Below, piece after piece: positions 1-9,147 of a stretch of DNA of 64,000 bases. How positions within the stretch are numbered: the stretch's first letter is position 1; every line of letters starts with the position of its first letter. The position numbers were made by a program, and so were the translations under genes. Below the pieces are notes generated by a model. That model made no database searches and was not told where the DNA came from. It was given only the letters and a program-made list of their open reading frames with translations. Origin of the DNA: Candidatus Poribacteria bacterium (lineage in GTDB: Bacteria > Poribacteria > WGA-4E > JAJDTR01); the NCBI GenBank assembly GCA_022827055.1, contig JAJDTR010000156.1:27596-91595 (forward strand), written 5' to 3'.

Positions 1-700
1 TACGGAGCCACTTGCGCTGATCTAGTTGTTGACGCTGATCGCGACGACAGAAATACGAATGCATCGCTCGTCTCGGAGATTCTGTTTCGTTCTTCATACC
101 GCCGTGCCAGAGATGCGCGTTGAACACAACAACGGTGCCAGCCTCTCCTATGAGTTGAACTTGGTCGGGGTGGTCAGATGTTGTATCGGACATCACGTCC
201 GCCGCGGTTTGCCCGCAGCGATGCGATCCGGGTACAACGCGCGTCGCTCCGTTCTGCCTTGTAAAATCGGTGAGTAACCAAATCGAATTACACACAAAAT
301 AGTTCCCCAGTGCTACAGCTCCGCCCCAATCGGCGTGCAACCCCTGTCGTCCATGCCCGGGTAACGCGGCACGACTGTTCAACGAGGAGACCTTAAACTC
401 ATCGCCGAGGACATGTCGAACCGCAGCCAACAGTCGGGGTGATATGATGCATTTCTCAAAAATCGGATCTTTGTCAATCAAGTTGCTCAGCCGAATTGTG
501 CCTTGCTCCTGGTGTACCTCCTTTCCAGCATCTTCGTCCTCGATTTCTGACAGTTCGTCAAGGCGCCGGACGAATGCAGCGACTTCCTTCGATGTCATCA
601 GGTTCTCAAGGCGCAAGAATCCATCGTCGTCTAGCGCTCTTTTATCACGCGTGCTCAGTGTGTAATCGTCAACACCGAGCCTTCCGAGTACGGTAGTCAT
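1..700 (-). CDS. PhyH-family Fe(II)/2-oxoglutarate dioxygenase; C-terminus runs off the window
   Basis: Not in the ORF track because there is no stop in the window. My own minus-strand translation from the ATG at 698-700 gives MTTVLGRLGVDDYTLSTRDKRALDDDGFLRLENL...GLHADWGG...GATRVVPGSH...NAHLWHGGMKNETESPRRAMHSYF. This shows HxD, PGSH and distal H/R motifs of the phytanoyl-CoA dioxygenase family. Alternative in-frame ATGs are at 704-706 and 713-715. Confidence 0.6.
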   Translation of the reverse strand, partial: MTTVLGRLGVDDYTLSTRDKRALDDDGFLRLENLMTSKEVAAFVRRLDELSEIEDEDAGKEVHQEQGTIRLSNLIDKDPIFEKCIISPRLLAAVRHVLGDEFKVSSLNSRAALPGHGRQGLHADWGGAVALGNYFVCNSIWLLTDFTRQNGATRVVPGSHRCGQTAADVMSDTTSDHPDQVQLIGEAGTVVVFNAHLWHGGMKNETESPRRAMHSYFCRRDQRQQLDQRKWLR

Positions 701-817
701 GTTCATAGTGCGCATTCATGGGCGGCCTTCGTCTCACCCGCGGTCATTGATTGAGAAATTGCGCTATCTTGCCGGAGCCTAGTCTCAACATTTTCCAAAT
801 CTTTCTCGGCACATGGA

Positions 818-1846
818 CTAATGCCGGTGCCGATGGTGAATGTCTGGCCAGTGGGGATGTGCATGGGTTGTCGGCTCATGGGTGTGCCAGTGACTGTGAT
901 AGACCGGTGCTTCGTCTTCAGTGTGAACATGGTCGTGGTGGCCATCGTCATGTCTGTGTCTATGTTTATGGTGCAGAGGTTCATGTGTATGCGAATGACT
1001 GTGTTGGTCTCGCAACAAGACAGTAAGCGAGAACACCAAAATCGCGGCAGCCGCGGCTTGGATGGCTGAAATGCTCTCGTTTAACAGTATGATGGATAAA
1101 GCCACTCCAAAAAACGGTGCAGTAGCAAAGATCATTTGACTCCGGGTTGCGCCGAGATTTTGCGCCGCCAAGATGTAAAGACTAATGCTGAAACCGTACG
1201 AGAAAACTCCCACAATTATGCCTGACGCCAGAATCCACACCGCTTTCCCATACGGCTCAAGTATAACGCTTATAATTAGGTTCGTCCCACCCGCAATTGC
1301 TCCCTTCCAGAAGGTGCTTTGCGTTGGCGTAATCCCGTCGATCAAGGCTGTCAAATGATTGTCAATTCCCCAGCAGATACCGGCTGCAGCAACAAGCAGT
1401 AGGGCAACCATGCCAATAGCCCCTCCGTGCCACGACAACATTACCGATGCCCCGATAGTGCCAATCACCCCTACCCAGCCATAGCCGCCCAGATTTTCAC
1501 GAAACAGCAAACACCCTAGAATAGCTGTCGCGATTAACTCCAAATTCAACCACATTGCGACGGAGGCCGCCGGTGCCTTTTGCAATCCAAACAGGAGCAG
1601 CACAGGCCCCGCGACACCACCAAAGGAAATTGCTCCGATTAGGCGCAATATATTGCGTTTCCCAATCCGATGGATTTTCTTCGCGTTTCTCTGTCTTAAG
1701 GAAAAAGGAAGAACACCAATCGCCGCTCCGATATACAACAACCCCGCGAGTTGGAAAGGCGGAAGGCTGTTAAGGAGCAGCTTCCCTATCGGCGTGGAGG
1801 CGCCAAACAGAACTGCCGAAAGCAATGCAATCAGTATGTACTGCAT
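818..1846 (-). CDS. EamA/DMT-superfamily transporter with a His-rich C-terminal tail
   Basis: 342-aa ORF with about 10 hydrophobic helices in two similar halves. The last 61 residues (HSHSHTHEPLHHKHRHRHDDGHHDH...IHHRHRH) contain 24 His. Confidence 0.75.
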   Translation of the reverse strand: MQYILIALLSAVLFGASTPIGKLLLNSLPPFQLAGLLYIGAAIGVLPFSLRQRNAKKIHRIGKRNILRLIGAISFGGVAGPVLLLFGLQKAPAASVAMWLNLELIATAILGCLLFRENLGGYGWVGVIGTIGASVMLSWHGGAIGMVALLLVAAAGICWGIDNHLTALIDGITPTQSTFWKGAIAGGTNLIISVILEPYGKAVWILASGIIVGVFSYGFSISLYILAAQNLGATRSQMIFATAPFFGVALSIILLNESISAIQAAAAAILVFSLTVLLRDQHSHSHTHEPLHHKHRHRHDDGHHDHVHTEDEAPVYHSHWHTHEPTTHAHPHWPDIHHRHRH

Positions 1847-2107
1847 TTCACATTTCCAAACTCTTTCTGTGTGTTTCCCGTTAGATGCCGAGTCGCAAGA
1901 CCTTGTGCCGAAGGTACGTGTTTAGTGGTTTGTGATTAGCGGATCTCTACCGTACTCGCTTTTCACTCGCTTGGTAGTCAATGAAACGCCTGCGCTATAG
2001 AACAGGCGCTGAATAGAATTCTTTGGGAATCCTATCGCAGTCATTATACCTTCATTTGATCGCGCTCTCCAAAAGTAAAAGGTTTCGCTGAAAGGCATTA
2101 AGACGGC

Positions 2108-3028
2108 TCAAACTTCCCGCTTCGTAATCTGCAACAAAATCAGCGTTATCAGGAGAAGCGGCACTATGATTAGCGCGGATTGCCATAACGAGAATCGGAC
2201 GCCGATTAGACAGGGAAAAAATGTAATGGCTCCAATCATGGAGCCCTTCAATGCGCGATATCCGTTCTTTTCGTTTGCCTCAAGATAAAGCGGTAGTCTG
2301 GTAATGCTCGTGGCAATCAGCGCGCAGAGGATCCAGAGAGTGTAGTGCCAACTGATACCTTCTAGCCAATGCGGTAAAGCCGCGACGATGAAGGCACAGA
2401 TCGTTGTGACGGCGGAAACAGCGAGAGCGGGTTTGATGCCCAACTGTAGGGGAGTGGTAGTAATGCCGATTTTCTTGTCGCGCTCGATGTCCTTAAACGT
2501 CGTTGTAATATGCGTACCGCAATCGTAAAGCGTTGTCGCGGCAAACGCAAACCAGACTATGCGCGGCACCTCGCCGCTGACGGCTAGTGCACCAAATACG
2601 TTTAGCATCCCAATGCCAATCGGTAGACTGATGCTCCCCCAAACACCGCGCTCTTTGAAAATGGCGTTGTAGCAGTGGGAAATCATTACAAGAGCAATCA
2701 CTAGTAGCCCTGCTCTGAAGTGGAGCATAAATCCTAGAAAAACGCAGACGATGTAGGTCGTGCTCGCCGTAATCATTACCTGCCGGGGGGTTAGTCGGTG
2801 TGACGGAAGCGGTCGGTGTGGATTGGAAACAGCATCTTGCCCCCGGTGGAAGTAATCGTTCTTCATCATCCCTGCGAAGTACCCGAGCAGGGCAGTCAAT
2901 AACGTTACTCCGACTCGCCAGTTTATTCGACCTTCGGATGCAATCAGAGTCCCGGGCAGCGTGGCGACGATCGGAATGGCAAAGAGGGGATATCGGATGA
3001 GTTCGAGATAAGCTTTTAAGGTCTTCAT
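2108..3028 (-). CDS. UbiA-family membrane prenyltransferase
   Basis: 306 aa and polytopic. The first Asp-rich motif reads NDYFHRGQD (canonical NDxxDxxxD, with H at the middle Asp). The second motif is KDIERDKKIG (DxxxD). The start overlaps the methyltransferase stop (ATGA at 3025-3028). Confidence 0.7.
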   Translation of the reverse strand: MKTLKAYLELIRYPLFAIPIVATLPGTLIASEGRINWRVGVTLLTALLGYFAGMMKNDYFHRGQDAVSNPHRPLPSHRLTPRQVMITASTTYIVCVFLGFMLHFRAGLLVIALVMISHCYNAIFKERGVWGSISLPIGIGMLNVFGALAVSGEVPRIVWFAFAATTLYDCGTHITTTFKDIERDKKIGITTTPLQLGIKPALAVSAVTTICAFIVAALPHWLEGISWHYTLWILCALIATSITRLPLYLEANEKNGYRALKGSMIGAITFFPCLIGVRFSLWQSALIIVPLLLITLILLQITKREV

Positions 3029-4623
3029 GAAGAATTACGCTCAAAGAGAACGAGTTGTTTGGGTGAAGCACCAATCTGTTCGAGTAATGGATGGTCAAGT
3101 AGTGGTACTCGTGCAAGTTCTTTAGGTTCAATCTTGTGGAGCCCTCCGCCATAAGTTCGTCCTTCGTAAAGCAGATATTCTTCCTTCGCCTGCTTCAATA
3201 AATCAAACAACTCATCTAGGAGATTCTCGTTATGCTTACAAGCATCTTGTATTACTTGCGTCGGATATAACATCAGGTAAACGTTTGTAGCAATTGCCTC
3301 CGAGTAGTTTCGAAAGAATCGTAGTCCAGATCTTCCTGATTTGCTGCGAGACATATAGCTGCATAAAATGGGCGCTGGCAGTCGATTTTCTTGCTTAAAC
3401 CACGGTTGCCGATGGCGGGTAATGTATCGATCGGCGAAACCTTGTGACTTGCCCCAATCCAAATAAGCCTGCAAAATCGGATAATCTACAAGGTCCGCTT
3501 CTTCAAGATTACAATCCAACAATACCAAAGACGGTTGAACGTGGAGAGAACCATCGTTGGCGGCGAGTATTTTTTCATCGTCCAAATACCTTGGACTGGG
3601 CAAAATTGGTCGCAGAAACTGTTTCGGCATTGCTTTATGGATGGCAAACTCTCTGTCTAGGATAAAAAACTCATTTGCCCCTGTCGCAACGCCACGACGG
3701 ATTTCGAATAAGTCTCCGATTGTTTTTGTCGTATTCAGACGCTGAACACTTCGAAAGACGTTCGACAATGATTTGCTTGGAATCGAAGTCCAATTTGTGA
3801 TGTCTCCGAGTTGTCGCTGGAGAATACGTTTATCGGTACGAGGGTTTCCCAGCGTTCCACCTAAAGAAAAGGTGACTTCATGTTCCTGTTCTGGCTCGCG
3901 TTTTTGAAAGATTAGTATGGTTGAAGAAACGAGGGCGTTACCAAATTGCACATCCTCCGCGTCAAAACGATGTATATGTTCCAAGGAAACCTGTTCGATT
4001 AAATACCTTTTGACAACGTCTCCATACTTGACATCCATGAATTCGGAAGGAATCAGCCAGACTCCAAACCCGTTTGGAACTAGCCACCGATGGGCGAGAA
4101 AAAGAAAATAACAGTAGAGCCCTGCTAAACCGCTTAGATTTAGTCCCACCGCGGTTTTCGCTCTCGTTTGCAGATAACGTTTTTTTGTCCGATCAAAGTG
4201 ATGATGTCGAACATATGGCGGATTGACAAGATGCAAGTTGTAACGGGGATCATCTGGAAACGGCAGTTGTGTAAAGTCGGCTTCAATTACATCCAGTCCC
4301 CAAACTCCCCATAAATCTCGAGCAATTGCAGCGATCTGCGGATCGATCTCAATTCCAACAGCTTTTTCCACCCGTGATTTGGGAACAGAATGCAGCAGTG
4401 CGGAGAAAAATGCCCCAGCACCCACTGCCGGATCGAGAAAGCGAATGCCATCAATCGCAGTAAGATACCTGTCCCGCACGAATTCAAAAATATCGCGTGC
4501 CAAAGGAAAAGGTGTCGCGTACTGTCCCATTTTGTTGCGTTGTATTGGATCGTTGAGGCTATCTAGCCTCTCTTGTGCCGCGTGGCGTTCGGACTCAACC
4601 TCATGGGGAAGTCTCAATTTCAT
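3025..4623 (-). CDS. Type II N6-adenine DNA methyltransferase (gamma class, Eco57I/N6_Mtase-like)
   Basis: 532 aa. AdoMet motif FLDPAVGAGAFF, catalytic motif LVNPPYVRHHH (NPPY), and a long C-terminal target-recognition part. Confidence 0.85.
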   Translation of the reverse strand: MKLRLPHEVESERHAAQERLDSLNDPIQRNKMGQYATPFPLARDIFEFVRDRYLTAIDGIRFLDPAVGAGAFFSALLHSVPKSRVEKAVGIEIDPQIAAIARDLWGVWGLDVIEADFTQLPFPDDPRYNLHLVNPPYVRHHHFDRTKKRYLQTRAKTAVGLNLSGLAGLYCYFLFLAHRWLVPNGFGVWLIPSEFMDVKYGDVVKRYLIEQVSLEHIHRFDAEDVQFGNALVSSTILIFQKREPEQEHEVTFSLGGTLGNPRTDKRILQRQLGDITNWTSIPSKSLSNVFRSVQRLNTTKTIGDLFEIRRGVATGANEFFILDREFAIHKAMPKQFLRPILPSPRYLDDEKILAANDGSLHVQPSLVLLDCNLEEADLVDYPILQAYLDWGKSQGFADRYITRHRQPWFKQENRLPAPILCSYMSRSKSGRSGLRFFRNYSEAIATNVYLMLYPTQVIQDACKHNENLLDELFDLLKQAKEEYLLYEGRTYGGGLHKIEPKELARVPLLDHPLLEQIGASPKQLVLFERNSS

Positions 4624-5570
4624 ATTCCAAATTGTTCCATATCCTCAATTCGATGTTCCCAAATCCAGTCTATTCCCTCTGCGGCTTCATAGCCGAGATA
4701 GCCAGTGTCAAAGTATCCGCAGAGAAATAGAACAAACTGTAAATCTGTTCCATAACGTGCACGCAATTGATTCACTTTGGCTGCCTCTTCTTTTCGCCGT
4801 TTATTTGTATTGGTAAAATCACCGGCAGATTTGGCTTCAATTAGAATCGGTAACCTGCTTGTATGGGGTCTATGCGGCTGAACAATTACATCAACTGGTA
4901 TATTCACGGTTCTGTCTTCGTCAGCTACTACATTCATTCGAAAAGCAAATGTGCCTGGCGGTAAATCTGTGAATGAGAGTCCAGACTTATGCAACGACTC
5001 GCGATAGTCACGTTTCTTCAAATACACTGCAATCAAAGTGAGTTGTCTTTGTTCCTGAGTATTACGGATAATCGGGTCAGAAACCGTGCCGCATAATCGA
5101 TCTGCCACAATGGTTGCCGCCCGAAGTTGCTCAATCTCCGTAGATTGGTGGTTCTCTTCTAACCATGGGAATATGTCATAATCAAGCAATTTAACCGGAA
5201 TCTCAGCAATAGATTGACATTGCTCAGTCAGTTTTTCTGCGCCCATACGCGGTGGAATTTTTCCCCCTTCCATCAAGATGAGAAGATGTTTGCCCACATG
5301 CGCCAGTCCAGCTAATCGATCTCTTGCAATTGGGGGCGCTGTACACATCCGCAAGGTTGGGAGAACTGATGGATTTGCTTTTAAGAGTTCTGGATTCAGG
5401 AGGGTAAGATTCTTCGTCAGTTGAATTGCCTCCTGTACACGCTTGATTGCTTCTTTTCGGGCGTCCCGATACGCCTTTGGTGCAAAACGCATGAACCAAT
5501 CATTGTAAAGATCGACAGAAGCAGCCACATCTTTTTTCCACAGATGAGGTTTATCTGCGTTAATGGGCAT
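4620..5570 (-). CDS. Putative type II restriction endonuclease, cognate to the methyltransferase
   Basis: 316 aa. Its stop overlaps the methyltransferase start (ATGA at 4620-4623). It carries a PD-(D/E)XK-like signature PVDVIV...LPILIEAKSAGD. The N-terminal KPHLWKKDVAASVDLYNDWF recalls the XamI/SalI family, but this is from memory and unverified. Confidence 0.55.
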   Translation of the reverse strand: MPINADKPHLWKKDVAASVDLYNDWFMRFAPKAYRDARKEAIKRVQEAIQLTKNLTLLNPELLKANPSVLPTLRMCTAPPIARDRLAGLAHVGKHLLILMEGGKIPPRMGAEKLTEQCQSIAEIPVKLLDYDIFPWLEENHQSTEIEQLRAATIVADRLCGTVSDPIIRNTQEQRQLTLIAVYLKKRDYRESLHKSGLSFTDLPPGTFAFRMNVVADEDRTVNIPVDVIVQPHRPHTSRLPILIEAKSAGDFTNTNKRRKEEAAKVNQLRARYGTDLQFVLFLCGYFDTGYLGYEAAEGIDWIWEHRIEDMEQFGI

Positions 5571-5700
5571 ATTTGCTTACCCTTTGACCTGAATTATGCA
5601 GTTTCAGTGCCATCAATTTGACGGTGGGATCTCGTTTTTCGGCTTCGAAACGAACCAATGCGTTCAATCGCCTTGTCGAAATTGCTCGATTTCGGGCAGT

Positions 5701-6720
5701 TCACGCTCCGGTAAGAACACTTTTCACGCCGCGCCGATTACGTGCGTTTTTAAATGCTTCAACCGCTTGTTCAATCGGATATCGGTCAGTGAGTAGGAGT
5801 GTAAAATCTAGTTCCTTTTCAAGGAGCAGTCGCCGAGACTCGTTCAGACTCCATCGCGAAAATGCCCACGACGCCATTAACTTATGACCGGTATAGTGAA
5901 AATGCTCGAGATTAACCCGAATCTCCTGTCCGGCAGGAGCAAGTCCGAAGAAGTTGATGCAGCCTCCACGCCGCGCAACTTTGAACGCAAGGTCAATAGC
6001 ACGTTGATTGTTCGTCGTCGCCGATATGACGGTGTCTACGCCTCCGTTGGTAGTCTCAATGAGCGCGGCAATGCACTCCTCTGTGATGTCAATAGCCGCT
6101 TCCACACCCATTTTCTCTGCCGCCCCGCGACGATGATCAATCGGTTCCAACATAAACGTCTGCAAGCCGTTATTTTTGGTCAGTTGGGCAAACAGGAGTC
6201 CGATGGGGCCAGCGCCCAAGATTGCCACACTCTTGTCAAATATAGTCTCGCGCATGGCATTGAGACAACACCCCAAAGGCTCAAGGAAAAGGAGATCTTC
6301 CGCGGAGATTGATTGCGGGACGGAAATGAGTTTGCCGGTGTCTATCCCATGTTTCGGCATGCGCATGTAGTCGGCGTATCCGCCGTCAATGTCGTGTCCA
6401 ATTCCTTCAATGTTTTCACAGTATTTGTCAAGGTCGGCATGACAATATTCGCAGGATCCACACGATAACATTGGGTTTACCGTAACTCTTTCGCCGACCT
6501 TCACATCTGAATGCCGGCTATCTGCCACAACACCGGCAAGTTCATGTCCCATCACGACAGGGGGTGAGTAATCTGTTACATCCCCGTTGAGGGCGGCGAG
6601 GTCGGAAGCACACACGCCGCACAAATCCACTTTGATGAGAATATCACCCAACGAAAGACTCGGAATCGGTTTGTCCTGTACACTTAGTTTACCTGTTTGC
6701 TCAAATACTGCGGCTTTCAT
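5701..6720 (-). CDS. Zn-dependent medium-chain alcohol/polyol dehydrogenase (MDR family)
   Basis: GHELAGVV catalytic-Zn motif, structural-Zn Cys cluster CGSCEYCHADLDKYC, and Rossmann motif GAGPIGLL. Confidence 0.85.
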   Translation of the reverse strand: MKAAVFEQTGKLSVQDKPIPSLSLGDILIKVDLCGVCASDLAALNGDVTDYSPPVVMGHELAGVVADSRHSDVKVGERVTVNPMLSCGSCEYCHADLDKYCENIEGIGHDIDGGYADYMRMPKHGIDTGKLISVPQSISAEDLLFLEPLGCCLNAMRETIFDKSVAILGAGPIGLLFAQLTKNNGLQTFMLEPIDHRRGAAEKMGVEAAIDITEECIAALIETTNGGVDTVISATTNNQRAIDLAFKVARRGGCINFFGLAPAGQEIRVNLEHFHYTGHKLMASWAFSRWSLNESRRLLLEKELDFTLLLTDRYPIEQAVEAFKNARNRRGVKSVLTGA

Positions 6721-6760
6721 GAATCGGTTACTCCTTGAATCAGTTCCAGAAAAATTGAGA

Positions 6761-7170
6761 CTACCCAGCCACGAGGAGCCTCTGAGTCATTTCTTCGGCT
6801 TCGGTTAAGACCGTTTCGGCGGACTGCAAAGCTTGGCTAGCTTGTTCTTGAGTATATTCCTTCTCCATATAAAACGCCGGAGCGCGATCTCGTGCCAACT
6901 GATGAGAGATCCGCTGCATCTTCGCCAGTTTTCACCTTCAATCGCAATTTTCTTCTCCCTACAAATCTTGGCGAAGGTGTCACCAACATCGTGCGATTTC
7001 GGAGATTCGACACCCATCAGCTTCAAAAGTCCCTTCAATGACAATTCAACCACCTCTTGCGATCTTCGTACCACGAGATTCCAAGCTTCGTTGTCGAATG
7101 CGCGTCTTGCTTCCTCCATAATCATCTGCGCCTCTATGATTAACCTGCCATTTAGGTCGGTATTGTTCAT
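6761..7170 (-). pseudogene. HEPN-domain protein (toxin half of the MNT/HEPN pair), interrupted by a 1-nt frameshift
   Basis: The ORF track gives 6805..7170 with a nonsense-looking tail (...IEGENWRRCSGSLISWHEIALRRFIWRRNILKN). Shifting frame at the T4 run at 6929-6932 gives KLAKMQRISHQLARDRAPAFYMEKEYTQEQASQALQSAETVLTEAEEMTQRLLVAG, with a stop at 6761-6763. That is a typical HEPN C-terminus. The 410-nt span is not a multiple of 3. Confidence 0.6.
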
Positions 7171-7664
7171 AGCTCGATTATCTCACCCGGCTTCCAATCC
7201 GGTTTCAAATCCCAATACCAGTTCCCGTCCGGCAATGTGACCCGCTTCGATCCGAGGACATTGAGCCGCGCTTTTAGCGATTTGAGACGAGACTCCAATA
7301 CACCCACGTCATATAGCAGGATGCCTTCGACGAGAATGTCAAGTAAGATGTGCGGTCTGTCCCAAAGCTCCTGCTCCGTCATGAAGATGCATGAAGGCTG
7401 CGGATTCAGCTCCTGCTCTATAAGGCGCTTATACTCGTTCTCCTCCCTTAACGCAAAAACAATATCAACAGACCGGTGCCCTGGGTTGAAATCCACTTCT
7501 TTGTGGACTACCAAGAGATCGATATCACTGTCCAATCGAGCTTGCCTTCTCGCAACGGATCCAAAAAGGGCGACGGAGAGAATTCTCTCACTACCAAAGG
7601 ATGCTTTCAGATGGCTGCAGAAGGATTGGAGGTAATTTTCATAAACCTCGTACCCAATATTCAT
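7167..7664 (-). CDS. Minimal nucleotidyltransferase (MNT), antitoxin-type partner of HEPN
   Basis: GSVARRQARLDSDIDLLV (the GS...DxD motif of the pol-beta nucleotidyltransferase fold). Its stop overlaps the HEPN start (ATGA at 7167-7170). Confidence 0.8.
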   Translation of the reverse strand: MNIGYEVYENYLQSFCSHLKASFGSERILSVALFGSVARRQARLDSDIDLLVVHKEVDFNPGHRSVDIVFALREENEYKRLIEQELNPQPSCIFMTEQELWDRPHILLDILVEGILLYDVGVLESRLKSLKARLNVLGSKRVTLPDGNWYWDLKPDWKPGEIIEL

Positions 7665-7752
7665 GATAAGGTCTAGCCTATGCTCTTATAGTCATTCACG
7701 TTCATCTTTACACATATAGAACTTATGCGGGCAATGAGGTGTCACTTCCGTT

Positions 7753-7773
7753 GGCAGGGGATCTTGCCCTGCC
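7753..7773. repeat. REP-like palindromic unit (variant GGCAGGGGATCTTGCCCTGCC)
   Basis: Intergenic hairpin related to the GGGGCATCTTGCCCC units at 20978-21002, 21080-21104 and 45858-45878. Looser similarity to the 20975-21030 copy continues to about 7815 (GGAGATCGCTCCTAC..ACCGAA versus GGAGCGATTCCCTACCGAA). Confidence 0.5.
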
Positions 7774-7909
7774 GCGCATATAGGGTCGCAACCTGGAGAT
7801 CGCTCCTACAAACCGAATTTCGTGAGTCCCACATGTATAGTTCTTAGTTAAAATGACTTCAAACTAAATTGAGTAACCACCTGACAAGAACTCTGCGACA
7901 ATCAAGCTT

Positions 7910-9058
7910 TTAGACGGCTTGTCCGAACCTTTCAGGTCGGTACGGATTTAGTATTTTAACACGCGCGCCATCAACAATCTCTTGCGTTGCCAATTCGCCT
8001 ACTAACGGAGCCAACGTGACGCCGCTGTGCATAAACGCAATATAGAGATTGGGTACGGATGGTACGAACCCGAGCACCGGCAATCCGTCAACCGGCATTG
8101 GACGATAACCGACTGGTACGGGGATCGCAGCGGCATCGGAAATTGATGGTAGATAGTGTCTTGCCCGGTCAAGCAATTCGTCGGCATGTTCCTGCGAATC
8201 GTCACGATTTAGGCTCTCTTGGGAGCCTTGACCAATCAATAGTGTGCCGTCCGATGCTTGTCGGAGGTGCACGTCCTGCCGATCGACATCAATCCTAGGT
8301 GCATGGATAACGGATACGCTGCTTAGCACGGGTTGACAGGGAGTGGTGCGAACAACAACGCCCGGGCTTTCCTGTTGAGGGACAGGTACCCCAGCCATAG
8401 CGGCAAGTTGCGTCGTGTGAATGCCGCCCGCTAGCACTACGACGTTGCAACCGACCTCATCGTGCGGTGTGCTTAGTGCCTTGACCTGCCGCGATGAGTT
8501 TGCGCCATCTCCGAAAGACATGCCGGTTACGGGGGTTCGCATATGTACTGCAGCTCCGCTCTCGCACGCCCTCTCCAAACATGCTTCGATGACTTTGAGC
8601 GGTTCGACGCAACCATCGGCTTGTGACAACGACGCTGATTTTACGGTGCCGGGCAACAAACCGGGTTCGAGCTCGCGCATCTCTTCCGCCGTGATTAACC
8701 GACAGGCATATCCCCGCTCCTGTAACAGATCAACACGTCGGCGCAATGCCCCAGCGCCTTCGTCGGTGTTCTCCCATCGGAGTTGTCCTCCACAGTGGAA
8801 TCCGATGTCTCGGTCTAGTGCGTGGGCGAACCGATGCCAGATGTCCATGGAGCGACAATTCAGATTGTGATATCTTACCGGATTCTTTCCGAAGGAATTC
8901 AGCCAAGCAAAGGAGTGCCCCGATGCACCCAACCCCAGTTCGGATTTTTCGAGTACCGTTACGTTGACATTTTCGCGACGAGACAAACAGTAAGCGATTG
9001 AGGCTCCAACAATACCGGCGCCAACGATTACAACGTGAATCTTTCTACCACTGTTCAT
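7910..9058 (-). CDS. FAD-dependent oxidoreductase (DAO/D-amino-acid dehydrogenase-like)
   Basis: N-terminal dinucleotide fold KIHVVIVGAGIVGASIAYCL. 382 aa, a length typical of the DAO family. Confidence 0.75.
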   Translation of the reverse strand: MNSGRKIHVVIVGAGIVGASIAYCLSRRENVNVTVLEKSELGLGASGHSFAWLNSFGKNPVRYHNLNCRSMDIWHRFAHALDRDIGFHCGGQLRWENTDEGAGALRRRVDLLQERGYACRLITAEEMRELEPGLLPGTVKSASLSQADGCVEPLKVIEACLERACESGAAVHMRTPVTGMSFGDGANSSRQVKALSTPHDEVGCNVVVLAGGIHTTQLAAMAGVPVPQQESPGVVVRTTPCQPVLSSVSVIHAPRIDVDRQDVHLRQASDGTLLIGQGSQESLNRDDSQEHADELLDRARHYLPSISDAAAIPVPVGYRPMPVDGLPVLGFVPSVPNLYIAFMHSGVTLAPLVGELATQEIVDGARVKILNPYRPERFGQAV

Positions 9059-9147
9059 GTGTGTTTTCTTTATTGCGCCGTGGTGAACGATAAGGCCTGA
9101 AATGTACCTAATCCGAAACTACATCGGGCGATTCTATGACCGTGATT

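Noticed and set aside
703-1069. ORFs 703..984, 751..1026 and 821..1069, which overlap the His-tail coding region.
   Set aside because: They are by-products of the repetitive CAT/CAC-rich sequence encoding the His tail of the DMT transporter, with no independent signals.
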